Source of the DNA: Eledone cirrhosa
Lineage: Eukaryota
NCBI GenBank assembly: GCA_964016885.1
Contig: OZ024742.1
Location: 349,184,001 to 349,248,000, forward strand
Reading direction: 5' to 3'
DNA: 64,000 nt
Below the pieces are notes generated by a model, which had not been told where the DNA came from, did not search any database, and was given only the letters and a program-made list of their open reading frames with translations. Position 1 is the first letter of the stretch. Each line of letters begins with the position of its first letter. Of the stretch, positions 1 to 15,000 are shown piece by piece. The position numbers and the translations under genes were made by a program.

Positions 1-3000
1 AAGATATCTTTGGTGTGACTGTTATCACAGTTATCTATTTCAGTATATAACTAAGATATCTTTGGTATAACTGTTATCACAGTTGTCTATTTCAATAACT
101 AAGATATCTTTGGTGTGACTGTTATCACAGTTGTCTATTTCAATAACTAAGATATCTTTGGTGTGACTGTTATCACAGTTATCTATTTCAGTATATAACT
201 AAGATATCTTTGGTGTGACTGTTATCACAGTTGTCTATTTCAATAACTAAGATATCTTTGGTGTGACTGTTATCACAGGTGTCTATTTCACTATATAACT
301 AAGATATCTTTGGTGTAACTGTTATCAAAGTTGTCTATTTCAATATCTAATATATCTTTGGTGTAACTGTTATCACAGTTGTCTATTTCAATATCTAAGA
401 TATCTTTGGTGTAACTGTTATCACAGTTGTCTATTTCAGTATATAACTAAGTTATCTTTGGTGTAACTGTTATCAAAGTTGTCTATTTCAATAACTAAGA
501 TATCTTTGGTGTGACTGTTATCACAGTTGTCTATTTCAGTATATAACTAAGATATCTTTGGTGTAACTGTTATCACAGTTGTCTATTTCAATATCTAAGA
601 TATCTTTGGTGTAACTGTTATCACAGTTGTCTATTTCAGTATATAACTAAGATATCTTTGGTGTGACTGTTATCACAGTTGTCTATTTCAGTATCTAAGA
701 TATCTTTGGTGTGACTGTTATCACAGTTGTCTATTTCAGTACTAAGATATCTTTGGTGTAACTGTTATCACAGTTGTCTGTTACAACAACTAAGATATCT
801 TTGGTGTAACTGTTATCACAGTTGTCTATTTCAATAACTAAGATATCTTTGGTGTGACTGGTATCACAGTTGTCTATTTCAATATCTAAGATATCTTTGG
901 GGTGACTGTTATCACAGTTGTCTATTTCAGTATATAACTAAGATATCTTTGGTGTAACTGTTATCACAGTTATCTATTTCAATAACTGAGATATCTTTGG
1001 TGTAACTGTTACCACAGCTGTCTAATTCAGTATATAACTAAGATATATTTGGGGTGACTGTTATCACAGTTATCTATTTCAATAACAAAGATATCTTTGG
1101 TGTAACTGTTATCACAGTTGTCTATTTCAGTATCTAAGATATCTTTGGTGTAACTGTTATCACAGTTGTCTATTTCAATAACTAAGATATCTTTGGTGTG
1201 ACTGTTATCACAGTTGTCTATTTCAGTATCTAAGATATCATTGGTGTGACTGTTATCACAGTTATCTATTGCAATAACTAAGATATCTTTGGTGTAACTG
1301 TTATCACAGTTATCTATTTCAATAACTAAGATATCTTTGGTGTAACTGTTATCACAGTTATCTATTTCAATAACTACGATATCTTTGGTGTGACTGTTAT
1401 CTCAGGTGTCTATTTCAGTATCTAAGATATCTTTGGTGTAACTGTTATCACAGTTGTCTATTTCAATAACTAAGATATCTTTGGTGTGACTATTATCACA
1501 GTTGTCTATTTCAGTATCTAAGTTATCTTTGGTGTAACTGTTATCACAGTTGTCTATTTCAATAATTAAGATATTTTTGGTGTGACTGTTATCACAGTTG
1601 TCTATTTCAGTATCTAAGATATCTTTGGTGTAACTGTTATCACAGTTGTCTATTTCAGTATATAACTATGATATCTTTGGTGTAACTGTTATCACAGTTC
1701 TCTATTTCAGTATCTAAGATATTTTTGGTGTGACTGTTATCACAGTTGTCTATTTCAGTATATAACTAAGATATCTTTGGTGTGACTGTTATCACAGTTC
1801 TCTATTTCAGTATATAACTGAGATATCTTTGGTCTGACTGTTATCACAGGTGTCTATTTTAGTATATAACTAAGATATCTTTGGTGTGACTGTTATCACA
1901 GTTGTCTATTTCAGTATATAACTAAGACATCTTTGGTGTAACTGTTATCACAGTTGTCTATTTCAATAACTAAGATATCTTTGGGGTGACCGTTATCACA
2001 GGTGTCTATTTCAGTATATAACTAAGATATCTTTGGTGTAACTTTTATCACAGTTGTCTATTTTAGTATATAACTAAGATATATTTGGTGTGACTGTTAT
2101 CACAGTTCTCTATTTCAGTATATAACTAAGATATCTTTGGTGTGACTGTTATCACAGGTGTCTATTTTAGTATATAACTAAGATATCTTTGGTGTGACTG
2201 TTATCACAGTCATCTATTTCAGTATATAACTAAGATATCTTTGGTGTAACTGTTATCACAGTTGTCTATTTCAATAACTAAGATATCTTTGGTGTGACTG
2301 TTATCACAGTTATCTATTTCAGTATGTAACTAAGATATCTTTGGTGTGACTGTTATCACAGTTGTCTATTTCAATATCTAAGATATCTTTGGTGTAACTG
2401 TTATCACAGTTGTCTATTTCAATATATAAGCTATCTTTGGTGTAACTGTTATCACAGTTGTCTATTTCAGTATATAACTAAGATATCTTTGGTGTGACTG
2501 TTATCATAGTTGTCTATTTCAGTATATAACTAAGATATCTTTGGTGTGACTGTTATCACAGTTGTCTATTTCAGTATCTAAGATATCTTTGGTGTGACTG
2601 TTATCACAGTTGTCTATTTCAGTACTAAGATATCTTTGGTGTAACTGTTATCACAGTTGTCTGTTACAATAACTAAGATATCGTTGGTGTAACTGTTATC
2701 ACAGTTGTCTATTTCAATAACTAAGATATCTTTGGCGTGACTGTTATCACAGTTGTCTATTTCAATATCTAAGATATCTTTGGTGTGACTATTATCACAG
2801 TTGTCTATTTCAGTATATAACTAAGATATCTTTGGTGTAACTGTTATCACAGTTATCTATTTCAATAACTAAGTTATCTTTGGTGTAACTGTTATCACAG
2901 CTGTCTATTTCAGTATATAACTGAGATATCTTTGGGGTGACTGTTATCACAGTTATCTATTTCAATAACTAAGATATCTTTGGTGTAACTGTTATCACAG

Positions 3001-6000
3001 TTGTCTATTTCACTATCTAAGATATCTTTGGTGTAACTGTTATCACAGTTGTCTGTTACAATAACTGAGATATCTTTGGTGTGACTGTTATCACAGTAGT
3101 CTATTTCAGTATCTAAGATATCTTTGGTGTGACTGTTATCACAGTTATCTATTTCAATAACTAAGATATCTTTGGTGTGACTGTTATCGCAGTTATCTAT
3201 TTCAATAACTAAGATATCTTTGGTGTGACTGTTATCACAGTTATCTCTTTCAATAACTAAGATATCTTTGGTGTGACTGTTATCACAATTGTCTATTTCA
3301 GTATCTAAGATATCTCTGGTGTAAATGTTATCACAGTTGTCTATTTCAATAACTAAGATATCTTTGGTGTGACTGTTATCACAGTTGTCTATTTCAGTAT
3401 CTAAGATATCTTTTGTGTAACTGTTATCACAGTTGTCTATTTCAATAACTAAGATATGTTTGGTGTAACTGTTATCACAGTTGTCTATTTCAGTATCAAA
3501 GATATCTTTGGTGTAACTGTTATCACAGTAGTCTGTTACAATAACTAAGATATCTTTGTTGTGACTGTTATCACAGTTGTCTATTTCAATATCTAAGATA
3601 TCTTTGGTGTGACTGTTATCACAGGTGTCTATTTCAGTATATAACTAAGATATCTATGGTGTAACTGTTATCACAGTTCTCTATTTCAGTATCTAAGATA
3701 TCTTTGGTGTGACTGTTATCACAGGTGTCTATTTCAGTATATAACTAAGATATCTTTGGTGTGACTGTTATCACAGTTCTCTATTTCAGTATATAACTAA
3801 GATATCTTTGGTGTGACTGTTATCACAGTTGTCTATTTCAGTATATAACTAAGATATCTTTGGTGTGACTGTTATCATAGTTGTCTATTTCAGTATATAA
3901 CTAAGATATCTTTGGTGTGACTGTTATCACAGTTGTCTATTTCAGTATCTAAGATATCTTTGGTGTGACTGTTATCACAGTTGTCTATTTCAGTACTAAG
4001 ATATCTTTGGTGTAACTGTTATCACAGTTGTCTGTTACAATAACTAAGATATCGTTGGTGTAACTGTTATCACAGTTGTCTATTTCAGTATATAACTAAG
4101 ATATCTTTGGGGTGACTGTTATCACAGTTATCTATTTCAATAACTAAGATATCTTTGGTGTAACTGTTATCACAGTTGTCTATTTCACTATCTAAGATAT
4201 CTTTGGTGTAACTGTTATCACAGTTGTCTGTTACAATATCTAAGATATCTTTGGTGTGACTGTTATCACGGTTGTCTATTTCAGTATCTAAGATATCTTT
4301 GGTGTGACTGTTATCACAGTTGTCTATTTCAGTACTAAGATATCTTTGGTGTAACTGTTATCACAGTTGTCTGTTAGAATAACTATGATATCGTTGGTGT
4401 AACTGTTATCACAGTTGTCTATTTCAATAACTAAGATATCTCTGGCGTGACTGTTATCACAGTTGTCTATTTCAATATCTAAGATATCTCTGGTGTGACT
4501 ATTATCACAGTTGTCTATTTCAGTATATAACTAAGATATCTTTGGTGTAACTGTTATCACAGTTATCTATTTCAATAACTAAGTTATCTTTGGTGTAACT
4601 GTTATCACAGCTGTCTATTTCAGTATATAACTAAGATATCTTTGGGGTGACTGTTATCACAGTTATCTATTTCAATAACTAAGATATCTTTGGTGTAACT
4701 GTTATCACAGTTGTCTATTTCACTATCTAAGATATCTTTGGTGTAACTGTTATCACAGTTGTCTGTTACAATAACTAAAATATCTTTGGTGTGACTGTTA
4801 TCACAGTTGTCTATTTCAGTATCTAAGATATCTTTGGTGTGACTGTTATCACAGTTATCTATTTCAATAACTAGGATATCTTTGGTTTGACTGTTATCGC
4901 AGTTATCTATTTCAATAACTAAGATATCTTTGGTGTGACTGTTATCACAGTTATCTCTTTCAATAACTAAGATATCTTTGGTGTGACTGTTATCACAATT
5001 GTCTATTTCAGTATCTAAGATATCTCTGGTGTAAATGTTATCACAGTTGTCTATTTCAATAACTAAGATATCTTTGGTGTGACTGTTATCACAGTTGTCT
5101 ATTTCAGTATCTAAGATATCTTTTGTGTGACTGTTATCACAGTTCTCTATTTCAATAACTAAGATATCTTTGGTGTGACTGTTATCACAGTTGTCTATTT
5201 CAATATCTAAGATATCTTTGGTGTGACTGTTATCACGGTTATCCATTTCAATAACTAAGATATCTTTGGTGTGACTGTTATCACAGTTGTCTATTTCAGT
5301 ATATAACTAAGATATCTTTGGTGTGACTGTTATCACAGTTGTCTATTTCAATAACTAAGATATCTTTGGTGTGACTGTTATCACAGTTCTCTATTTCAAT
5401 AACTAAGATATCTTTGGTGTGACTGTTATCACAGTTGTCTATTTCAGTATATAACTAAGATATCTTTGGTGTGACTGTTATCACAGTTGTCTATTTCAGT
5501 ATACAACTAAGATATCTTTGGTGTGACTGTTATCACAGTTGTCTATTTCAGTATATAACTAAGATATCTTTCGTGTGACTGTTATCACGGTTGTCTATTT
5601 CAGTATATAACTAAGATATCTTTGGTGTGACTGTTATCACAGTTGTCTATTTCAGTATATAACTAAGATATCTTTGGTGTGACTGTTATCACAGGTGTCT
5701 ATTTCACTATCTAAGATATCTTTGGTGTAACTGTTATCACAGTTGTCTGTTACAATATCTAAGATATCTTTGGTGTGACTGTTATCACGGTTGTCTATTT
5801 CAGTATCTAAGATATCTTTGGTGTGACTGTTATCACAGTTGTCTATTTCAGTACTAAGATATCTTTGGTGTAACTGTTATCACAGTTGTCTGTTAGAATA
5901 ACTATGATATCGTTGGTGTAACTGTTATCACAGTTGTCTATTTCAATAACTAAGATATCTCTGGCGTGACTGTTATCACAGTTGTCTATTTCAATATCTA

Positions 6001-9000
6001 AGATATCTTTGGTGTGACTATTATCACAGTTGTCTATTTCAGTATATAACTAAGATATCTTTGGTGTAACTGTTATCACAGTTATCTATTTCAATAACTA
6101 AGTTATCTTTGGTGTAACTGTTATCACAGCTGTCTATTTCAGTATATAACTAAGATATCTTTGGGGTGACTGTTATCACAGTTATCTATTTCAATAACTA
6201 AGATATCTTTGGTGTAACTGTTATCACAGTTGTCTATTTCACTATCTAAGATATCTTTGGTGTAACTGTTATCACAGTTGTCTGTTACAATAACTAAAAT
6301 ATCTTTGGTGTGACTGTTATCACAGTTGTCTATTTCAGTATCTAAGATATCTTTGGTGTGACTGTTATCACAGTTATCTATTTCAATAACTAAGATATCT
6401 TTGGTTTGACTGTTATCGCAATTATCTATTTCAATAACTAAGATATCTTTGGTGTGACTGTTATCACAGTTATCTCTTTCAATAACTAAGATATCTTTGG
6501 TGTGACTGTTATCACAATTGTCTATTTCAGTATCTAAGATATCTCTGGTGTAAATGTTATCACAGTTGTCTATTTCAATAACTAAGATATCTTTGGTGTG
6601 ACTGTTATCACAGTTGTCTATTTCAGTATCTAAGATATCTTTTGTGTGACTGTTATCACAGTTCTCTATTTCAATAACTAAGATATCTTTGGTGTGACTG
6701 TTATCACAGTTGTCTATTTCAATATCTAAGATATCTTTGGTGTGACTGTTATCACGGTTATCCATTTCAATAACTAAGATATCTTTGGTGTGACTGTTAT
6801 CACAGTTGTCTATTTCAGTATATAACTAAGATATCTTTGGTGTGACTGTTATCACAGTTGTCTATTTCAATAACTAAGATATCTTTGGTGTGACTGTTAT
6901 CACAGTTCTCTATTTCAATAACTAAGATATCTTTGGTGTGACTGTTATCACAGTTGTCTATTTCAGTATATAACTAAGATATCTTTGGTGTGACTGTTAT
7001 CACAGTTGTCTATTTCAGTATACAACTAAGATATCTTTGGTGTGACTGTTATCACAGTTGTCTATTTCAGTATATAACTAAGATATCTTTCGTGTGACTG
7101 TTATCACGGTTGTCTATTTCAGTATATAACTAAGATATCTTTGGTGTGACTGTTATCACAGTTGTCTATTTCAGTATATAACTAAGATATCTTTGGTGTG
7201 ACTGTTATCACAGGTGTCTATTTCAGTATATAACTAAGATATCTTTGGTGTGACTGTTATCACAGTTGTCTATTTCAGTATATAACTAAGATATCTTTGG
7301 TGTGACTGTTATCACAGTTGTCTATTTCAGTATATAACTAAGATATCTTTGGTGTGACTGTTATCACAGGTGTCTATTTCAGTATATAACTAAGATATCT
7401 TTGGTGTGACTGTTATCACTGTTGTCTATTTCAGTATATAACTAAGATATCTTTGGTGTGACTGTTATCACAGTTGTCTATTTCAGTATATAACTAAGAT
7501 ATCTTTGGTGTGACTGTTATCACAGTTATCTATTTCAATAACTACGATATCTTTGGTGTGACTGTTATCACAGGTGTCTATTTAAATAACTAAGATATCT
7601 TTGGTGTAACTGTTATCACAGTTGTCTATTTCAATAACTAAGATATCTTTGGTGTGACTTATCACAGTTATCTATTTCAATATCTAAGATATCTTTGGTG
7701 TGACTGTTATCACAGTTGTCTATTTCAATAACTAAGATATCTTTGGTGTGACTGTTATCACAGGTGTCTATTTCAGTATATAACTAAGATATCTTTGGTG
7801 TGACTGTTATCACAGTTGTCTATTTCAGTATATAACTAAGATATCTTTGGTGTGACTGTTATCACAGTTGTCTATTTCAGTATACAACTAAGATATCTTT
7901 GGTGTGACTGTTATCACAGTTGTCTATTTCAGTATATAACTAAGATATCTTTGGTGTGACTGTTATCACAGTTGTCTATTTCAGTATATAACTAAGATAT
8001 CTTTGGTGTGACTGTTATCACAGGTGTCTATTTCAGTATATAACTAAGATATCTTTGGTGTGACTGTTATCACAGGTGTCTATTTCAGTATATAACTAAG
8101 ATATCTTTGGTGTGACTGTTATTACAGGTGTCTATTTCAGTATATAACTAAGATATCTTTGGTGTGACTGTTAACACAGTTGTCTATTTCAGTATACAAC
8201 TAAGATATCTTTTGTGTGACTGTTATCACAGGTGTCTATTTCAGTATATAACTAAGATATCTTTGGTGTGACTGTTATCACAGTTGTCTATTTCAGTATA
8301 TAACTAAGATATCTTTGGTGTGACTGTTATCACAGTTGTCTATTTCAGTATATAACTAAGATATCTTTGGTGTGACTGTTAACACAGTTGTCTATTTCAG
8401 TATATAACTAAGATATCTTTGGTGTGACTGTTATCACAGGTGTCTATTTCAGTATATAACTAAGATATCTTTGGTGTGACTGTTAACACAGTTGTCTATT
8501 TCAGTATATAACTAAGATATCTTTGGTGTGACTGTTATCACAGTTGTCTATTTCAGTATATAACTAAGATATCTTTGGTGTGACTGTTATCACAGTTGTC
8601 TATTTCAGTATATAACTAAGATATCTTTGGTGTGACTGTTATCACAGTTGTCTATTTCAGTATATAACTAAGATATCTTTGGTGTGACTGTTATCACAGT
8701 TGTCTATTTCAGTATATAACTAAGATATCTTTGGTGTGACTGTTATCACAGGTGTCTATTTCAGTATATAACTAAGATATCTTTGGTGTGACTGTTATGA
8801 CAGTTGTCTATTTCAGTATATAACTAAGATATCTTTGGTGTAACTGTTATCACAGTTGTCTATTTCAGTATATAACTAAGATATCTTTGGTGTGACTGTT
8901 ATCACAGTTGTCTATTTCAATATCTAAGATATCTTTGGTGTGACTGTTATCACGGTTATCCATTTCAATAACTAAGATATCTTTGGTGTGACTGTTATCA

Positions 9001-12000
9001 CAGTTGTCTATTTCAGTATATAACTAAGATATCTTTGGTGTGACTGTTATCACAGTTGTCTATTTCAATAACTAAGATATCTTTGGTGTGACTGTTATCA
9101 CAGTTCTCTATTTCAATAACTAAGATATCTTTGGTGTGACTGTTATCACAGTTGTCTATTTCAGTATATAACTAAGATATCTTTGGTGTGACTGTTATCA
9201 CAGTTGTCTATTTCAGTATACAACTAAGATATCTTTGGTGTGACTGTTATCACAGTTGTCTATTTCAGTATATAACTAAGATATCTTTCGTGTGACTGTT
9301 ATCACGGTTGTCTATTTCAGTATATAACTAAGATATCTTTGGTGTGACTGTTATCACAGTTGTCTATTTCAGTATATAACTAAGATATCTTTGGTGTGAC
9401 TGTTATCACAGGTGTCTATTTCAGTATATAACTAAGATATCTTTGGTGTGACTTTTATCACAGTTGTCTATTTCAGTATATAACTAAGATATCTTTGGTG
9501 TGACTGTTATCACAGTTGTCTATTTCAGTATATAACTAAGATATCTTTGGTGTGACTGTTATCACAGGTGTCTATTTCAGTATATAACTAAGATATCTTT
9601 GGTGTGACTGTTATCACTGTTGTCTATTTCAGTATATAACTAAGATATCTTTGGTGTGACTGTTATCACAGTTGTCTATTTCAGTATATAACTAAGATAT
9701 CTTTGGTGTGACTGTTATCACAGTTATCTATTTCAATAACTACGATATCTTTGGTGTGACTGTTATCACAGGTGTCTATTTAAATAACTAAGATATCTTT
9801 GGTGTAACTGTTATCACAGTTGTCTATTTCAATAACTAAGATATATTTGGTGTGACTTATCACAGTTATCTATTTCAATATCTAAGATATCTTTGGTGTG
9901 ACTGTTATCACAGTTGTCTATTTCAATAACTAAGATATCTTTGGTGTGACTGTTATCACAGGTGTCTATTTCAGTATATAACTAAGATATCTTTGGTGTG
10001 ACTGTTATCACAGTTGTCTATTTCAGTATATAACTAAGATATCTTTGGTGTGACTGTTATCACAGTTGTCTATTTCAGTATACAACTAAGATATCTTTGG
10101 TGTGACTGTTATCACAGTTGTCTATTTCAGTATATAACTAAGATATCTTTGGTGTGACTGTTATCACAGTTGTATATTTCAGTATATAACTAAGATATCT
10201 TTGGTGTGACTGTTATCACAGGTGTCTATTTCAGTATATAACTAAGATATCTTTGGTGTGACTGTTATCACAGGTGTCTATTTCAGTATATAACTAAGAT
10301 ATCTTTGGTGTGACTGTTATTACAGGTGTCTATTTCAGTATATAACTAAGATATCTTTGGTGTGACTGTTAACACAGTTGTCTATTTCAGTATACAACTA
10401 AGATATCTTTGGTGTGACTGTTATCACAGGTGTCTATTTCAGTATATAACTAAGATATCTTTGGTGTGACTGTTATCACAGTTGTCTATTTCAGTATATA
10501 ACTAAGATATCTTTGGTGTGACTGTTATCACAGTTGTCTATTTCAGTATATAACTAAGATATCTTTGGTGTGACTGTTAACACAGTTGTCTATTTCAGTA
10601 TATAACTAAGATATCTTTGGTGTGACTGTTATCACAGGTGTCTATTTCAGTATATAACTAAGATATCTTTGGTGTGACTGTTAACACAGTTGTCTATTTC
10701 AGTATATAACTAAGATATCTTTGGTGTGACTGTTATCACAGTTGTCTATTTCAGTATATAACTAAGATATCTTTGGTGTGACTGTTATCACAGTTGTCTA
10801 TTTCAGTATATAACTAAGACATCTTTGGTGTGACTGTTATCACAGTTGTCTATTTCAGTATATAACTAAGATATCTTTGGTGTGACTGTTATCACAGTTG
10901 TCTATTTCAGTATATAACTAAGATATCTTTGGTGTGACTGTTATCACAGGTGTCTATTTCAGTATATAACTAAGATATCTTTGGTGTGACTGTTATGACA
11001 GTTGTGTATTTCAGTATATAACTAAGATATCTTTGGTGTGACTGTTATCACAGTTGTCTATTTCAGTATATAACTAAGATATCTTTGGTGTGACTGTTAT
11101 CACAGTTGTCTATTTCAGTATATAACTAAGATTTCTTTGGTGTGACTGTTATCACAGTTGTCTATTTCAATAACTAAGATATCTTTGGTGTGACTGTTAT
11201 CACAGGTGTCTATTTCAGTATATAACTAAGATATCTTTGGTGTGACTGTTATCATAGTTGTCTATTTCAGTATATAACTAAGATATCTTTGGTGTGACTG
11301 TTATCACAGTTGTCTATTTCAGTATATAACTAAGATATCTTTGGTGTGACTGTTATCACAGGTGTCTATTTCAGTATATAACTAAGATATCTTTGGTGTG
11401 ACTATTATCACAGTTGTCTATTTCAGTATATAACTAAGATATCTTTGGTGTGACTGTTATCACAGTTGTCTATTTCAGTATATAACTAAGATATCTTTGG
11501 TGTGACTGTTATCACAGGTGTCTATTTCAGTATATAACTAAGATATCTTTGGTGTGACTGTTATCACAGTTGTCTATTTCAGTATATAACTAAGATATCT
11601 TTGGTGTGACTGTTATCACTGTTGTCTATTTCAGTATATAACTAAGATATCTTTGGTGTGACTGTTATCACAGTTGTCTATTTCAGTATATAACTAAGAT
11701 ATCTTTGGTGTAACTGTTATCACAGTTGTCTATTTCAGTATATAACTAAGATATCTTTGGTGTAACTGTTATCACAGTTGTCTATTTCAGTATATAACTA
11801 AGATATCTTTGGTGTGACTGTTATCACAGTTGTCTATTTCAGTATATAACTAAGATATCTTTGGTGTGACTGTTATCCCAGTTGTCTATTTCAGTATATA
11901 ACTAAGATATCTTTGGTGTGACTGTTATCACAGTTGTCTATTTCAGTATATAACTAAGATATCTTTGGTGTGACTGTTATCACAGGTGTCTATTTCAGTA

Positions 12001-15000
12001 TATAACTAAGATATCTTTGGTGTGACTGTTATCACAGTTGTCTATTTCAGTATATAACTAAGATATCTTTGGTGTAACTGTTATCACAGTTGTCTATTTC
12101 AGTATATAACTAAGATATCTTTGGTGTAACTGTTATCACAGTTGTCTATTTCAGTATATAACTAAGATATCTTTGGTGTGACTGTTATCACAGTTGTCTA
12201 TTTCAATAACTAAGATATCTTTGGTGTGAGTTATCACAGTTATCTATTTCAATATCTAAGATATCTTTGGTGTGACTGTTATCACAGTTGTATATTTCAA
12301 TATCTAAGATATCTTTGGTGTGACTGTTATCACAGGTGTCTATTTCATTATATAACTAAGATATCTTTGGTGTGACTGTTATCACAGTTGTCTATTTCAG
12401 TATATAACTAAGATATCTTTGGTGTGACTGTTATCACAGTTGTCTATTTCAGTATATAACTAAGATATCTTTGGTGTGACTGTTATCACAGGTGTCTATT
12501 TCAGTATATAACTAAGATATCTTTGGTGTGACTGTTATCACAGTTGTCTATTTCAGTATATAACTAAGATATCTTTGGTGTGACTGTTATCACTGTTGAC
12601 TATTTCAGTATATAACTAAGATATCTTTGGTGTGACTGTTATCACAGTTGTCTATTTCAGTATATAACTAAGATATCTTTGGTGTGACTGTTATCACAGT
12701 TGTCTATTTCAGTATATAACTAAGATATCTTTGGTGTGACTGTTATCACAGTTGTCTATTTCAGTATATAACTAAGATTTCTTTGGTGTGACTGTTATCA
12801 CAGTTGTCTATTTCAATAACTAAGATATCTTTGGTGTGACTGTTATCACAGGTGTCTATTTCAGTATATAACTAAGATATCTTTGGTGTGACTGTTATCA
12901 TAGTTGTCTATTTCAGTATATAACTAAGATATCTTTGGTGTGACTGTTATCACAGTTGTCTATTTCAGTATATAACTAAGATATCTTTGGTGTGACTGTT
13001 ATCACAGGTGTCTATTTCAGTATATAACTAAGATATCTTTGGTGTGACTATTATCACAGTTGTCTATTTCAGTATATAACTAAGATATCTTTGGTGTGAC
13101 TGTTATCACAGTTGTCTATTTCAGTATATAACTAAGATATCTTTGGTGTAACTGTTATCACAGTTGTCTATTTCAGTATATAACTAAGATATCTTTGGTG
13201 TAACTGTTATCACAGTTGTCTATTTCAGTATATAACTAAGATATCTTTGGTGTGACTGTTATCACAGTTGTCTATTTCAATAACTAAGATATCTTTGGTG
13301 TGACTTATCACAGTTATCTATTTCAATATCTAAGATATCTTTGGTGTGACTGTTATCACAGTTGTATATTTCAATATCTAAGATATCTTTGGTGTGACTG
13401 TTATCACAGTTGTCTATTTTATTATATAACTAAGATATCTTTGGTGTAACTGTTATCACAGTTGTCTATTTCAGTATATAACTAAGATATCTTTGGTGTG
13501 ACTTTTATCACAGTTCTCTATTTCAATAACTAAGATATCTTTGGTGTGACTGTTATCACAGTTGTCTATTTCAGTATATAACTAAGATATTTTTGGTGTA
13601 ACTGTTATCACATTTGTCTATTTCAATAACTAAGATATCTTTGGTGTGACTGTTATCACAGTTCTCTATTTCAATAACTAAGATATCTTTGGTGTGACTG
13701 TTATCACAGTTGTCTATTTCAATATCTAAGATATCTTTGGTGTGACTGTTATCACGGTTATCCATTTCAATAACTAAGATATCTTTGGTGTGACTGTTAT
13801 CACAGTTGTCTATTTCAGTATATAACTAAGATATCTTTGGTGTGACTGTTATCACTGTTGTCTATTTCAATAACTAAGATATCTTTGGTGTGACTGTTAT
13901 CACAGTTCTCTATTTCAATAACTAAGATATCTTTGGTGTGACTGTTATCACAGTTGTCTATTTCAGTATATAACTAAGATATCTTTGGTGTGACTGTTAT
14001 CACAGTTGTCTATTTCAGTATACAACTAAGATATCTTTGGTGTGACTGTTATCACAGTTGTCTATTTCAGTATATAACTAAGATATCTTTGGTGTGACTG
14101 TTATCACAGTTGTCTATTTCAGTATATAACTAAGATATCTTTGGTGTGACTGTTATCACAGTTGTCTATTTCAGTATATAACTAAGATATCTTTGGTGTG
14201 ACTGTTATCACAGGTGTCTATTTCAGTATATAACTAAGATATCTTTGGTGTGACTGTTATCACTGTTGTCTATTTCAGTATATAACTAAGATATCTTTGG
14301 TGTGACTGTTATCACAGTTGTCTATTTCAGTATATAACTAAGATATCTTTGGTGTAACTGTTATCACAGTTGTCTATTTCAGTATATAACTAAGATATCT
14401 TTGGTGTGACTGTTATCACAGTGGTCTATTTCAGTATATAACTAAGATATCTTTGGTGTGACTGTTATCACAGGTGTCTATTTAAATAACTAAGATATCT
14501 TTGGTGTAACTGTTATCACAGTTGTCTATTTCAATAACTAAGATATCTTTGGTGTGACTTATCACAGTTATCTATTTCAATATCTAAGATATCTTTGGTG
14601 TGACTGTTATCACAGTTGTCTATTTCAATATCTAATATATCTTTGGTGTGAGTGTTATCACAGTTGTATATTTCAATATCTAAGATATCTTTGGTGTGAC
14701 TGTTCTCACAGTTGTCTATTTCAGTATATAACTAAGATATCTTTGGTGTAACTGTTTTCACAGTTGTCTATTTCAGTATATAACTAAGATATCTTTGGTG
14801 TGACTGTTATCACAGTACTCTATTTCAATAACTAAGATATCTTTGGTGTGACTGTTATCACAGTTGTCTATTTCAGTATATAACTAAGATATCTTTGGTG
14901 TGACTATTATCACAGTTCTCTATTTCAATAACTAAGATATCTTTGGTGTGACTGTTATCACAGTTGTCTATTTCAGTATATAACTAAGATATCTTTGGTG

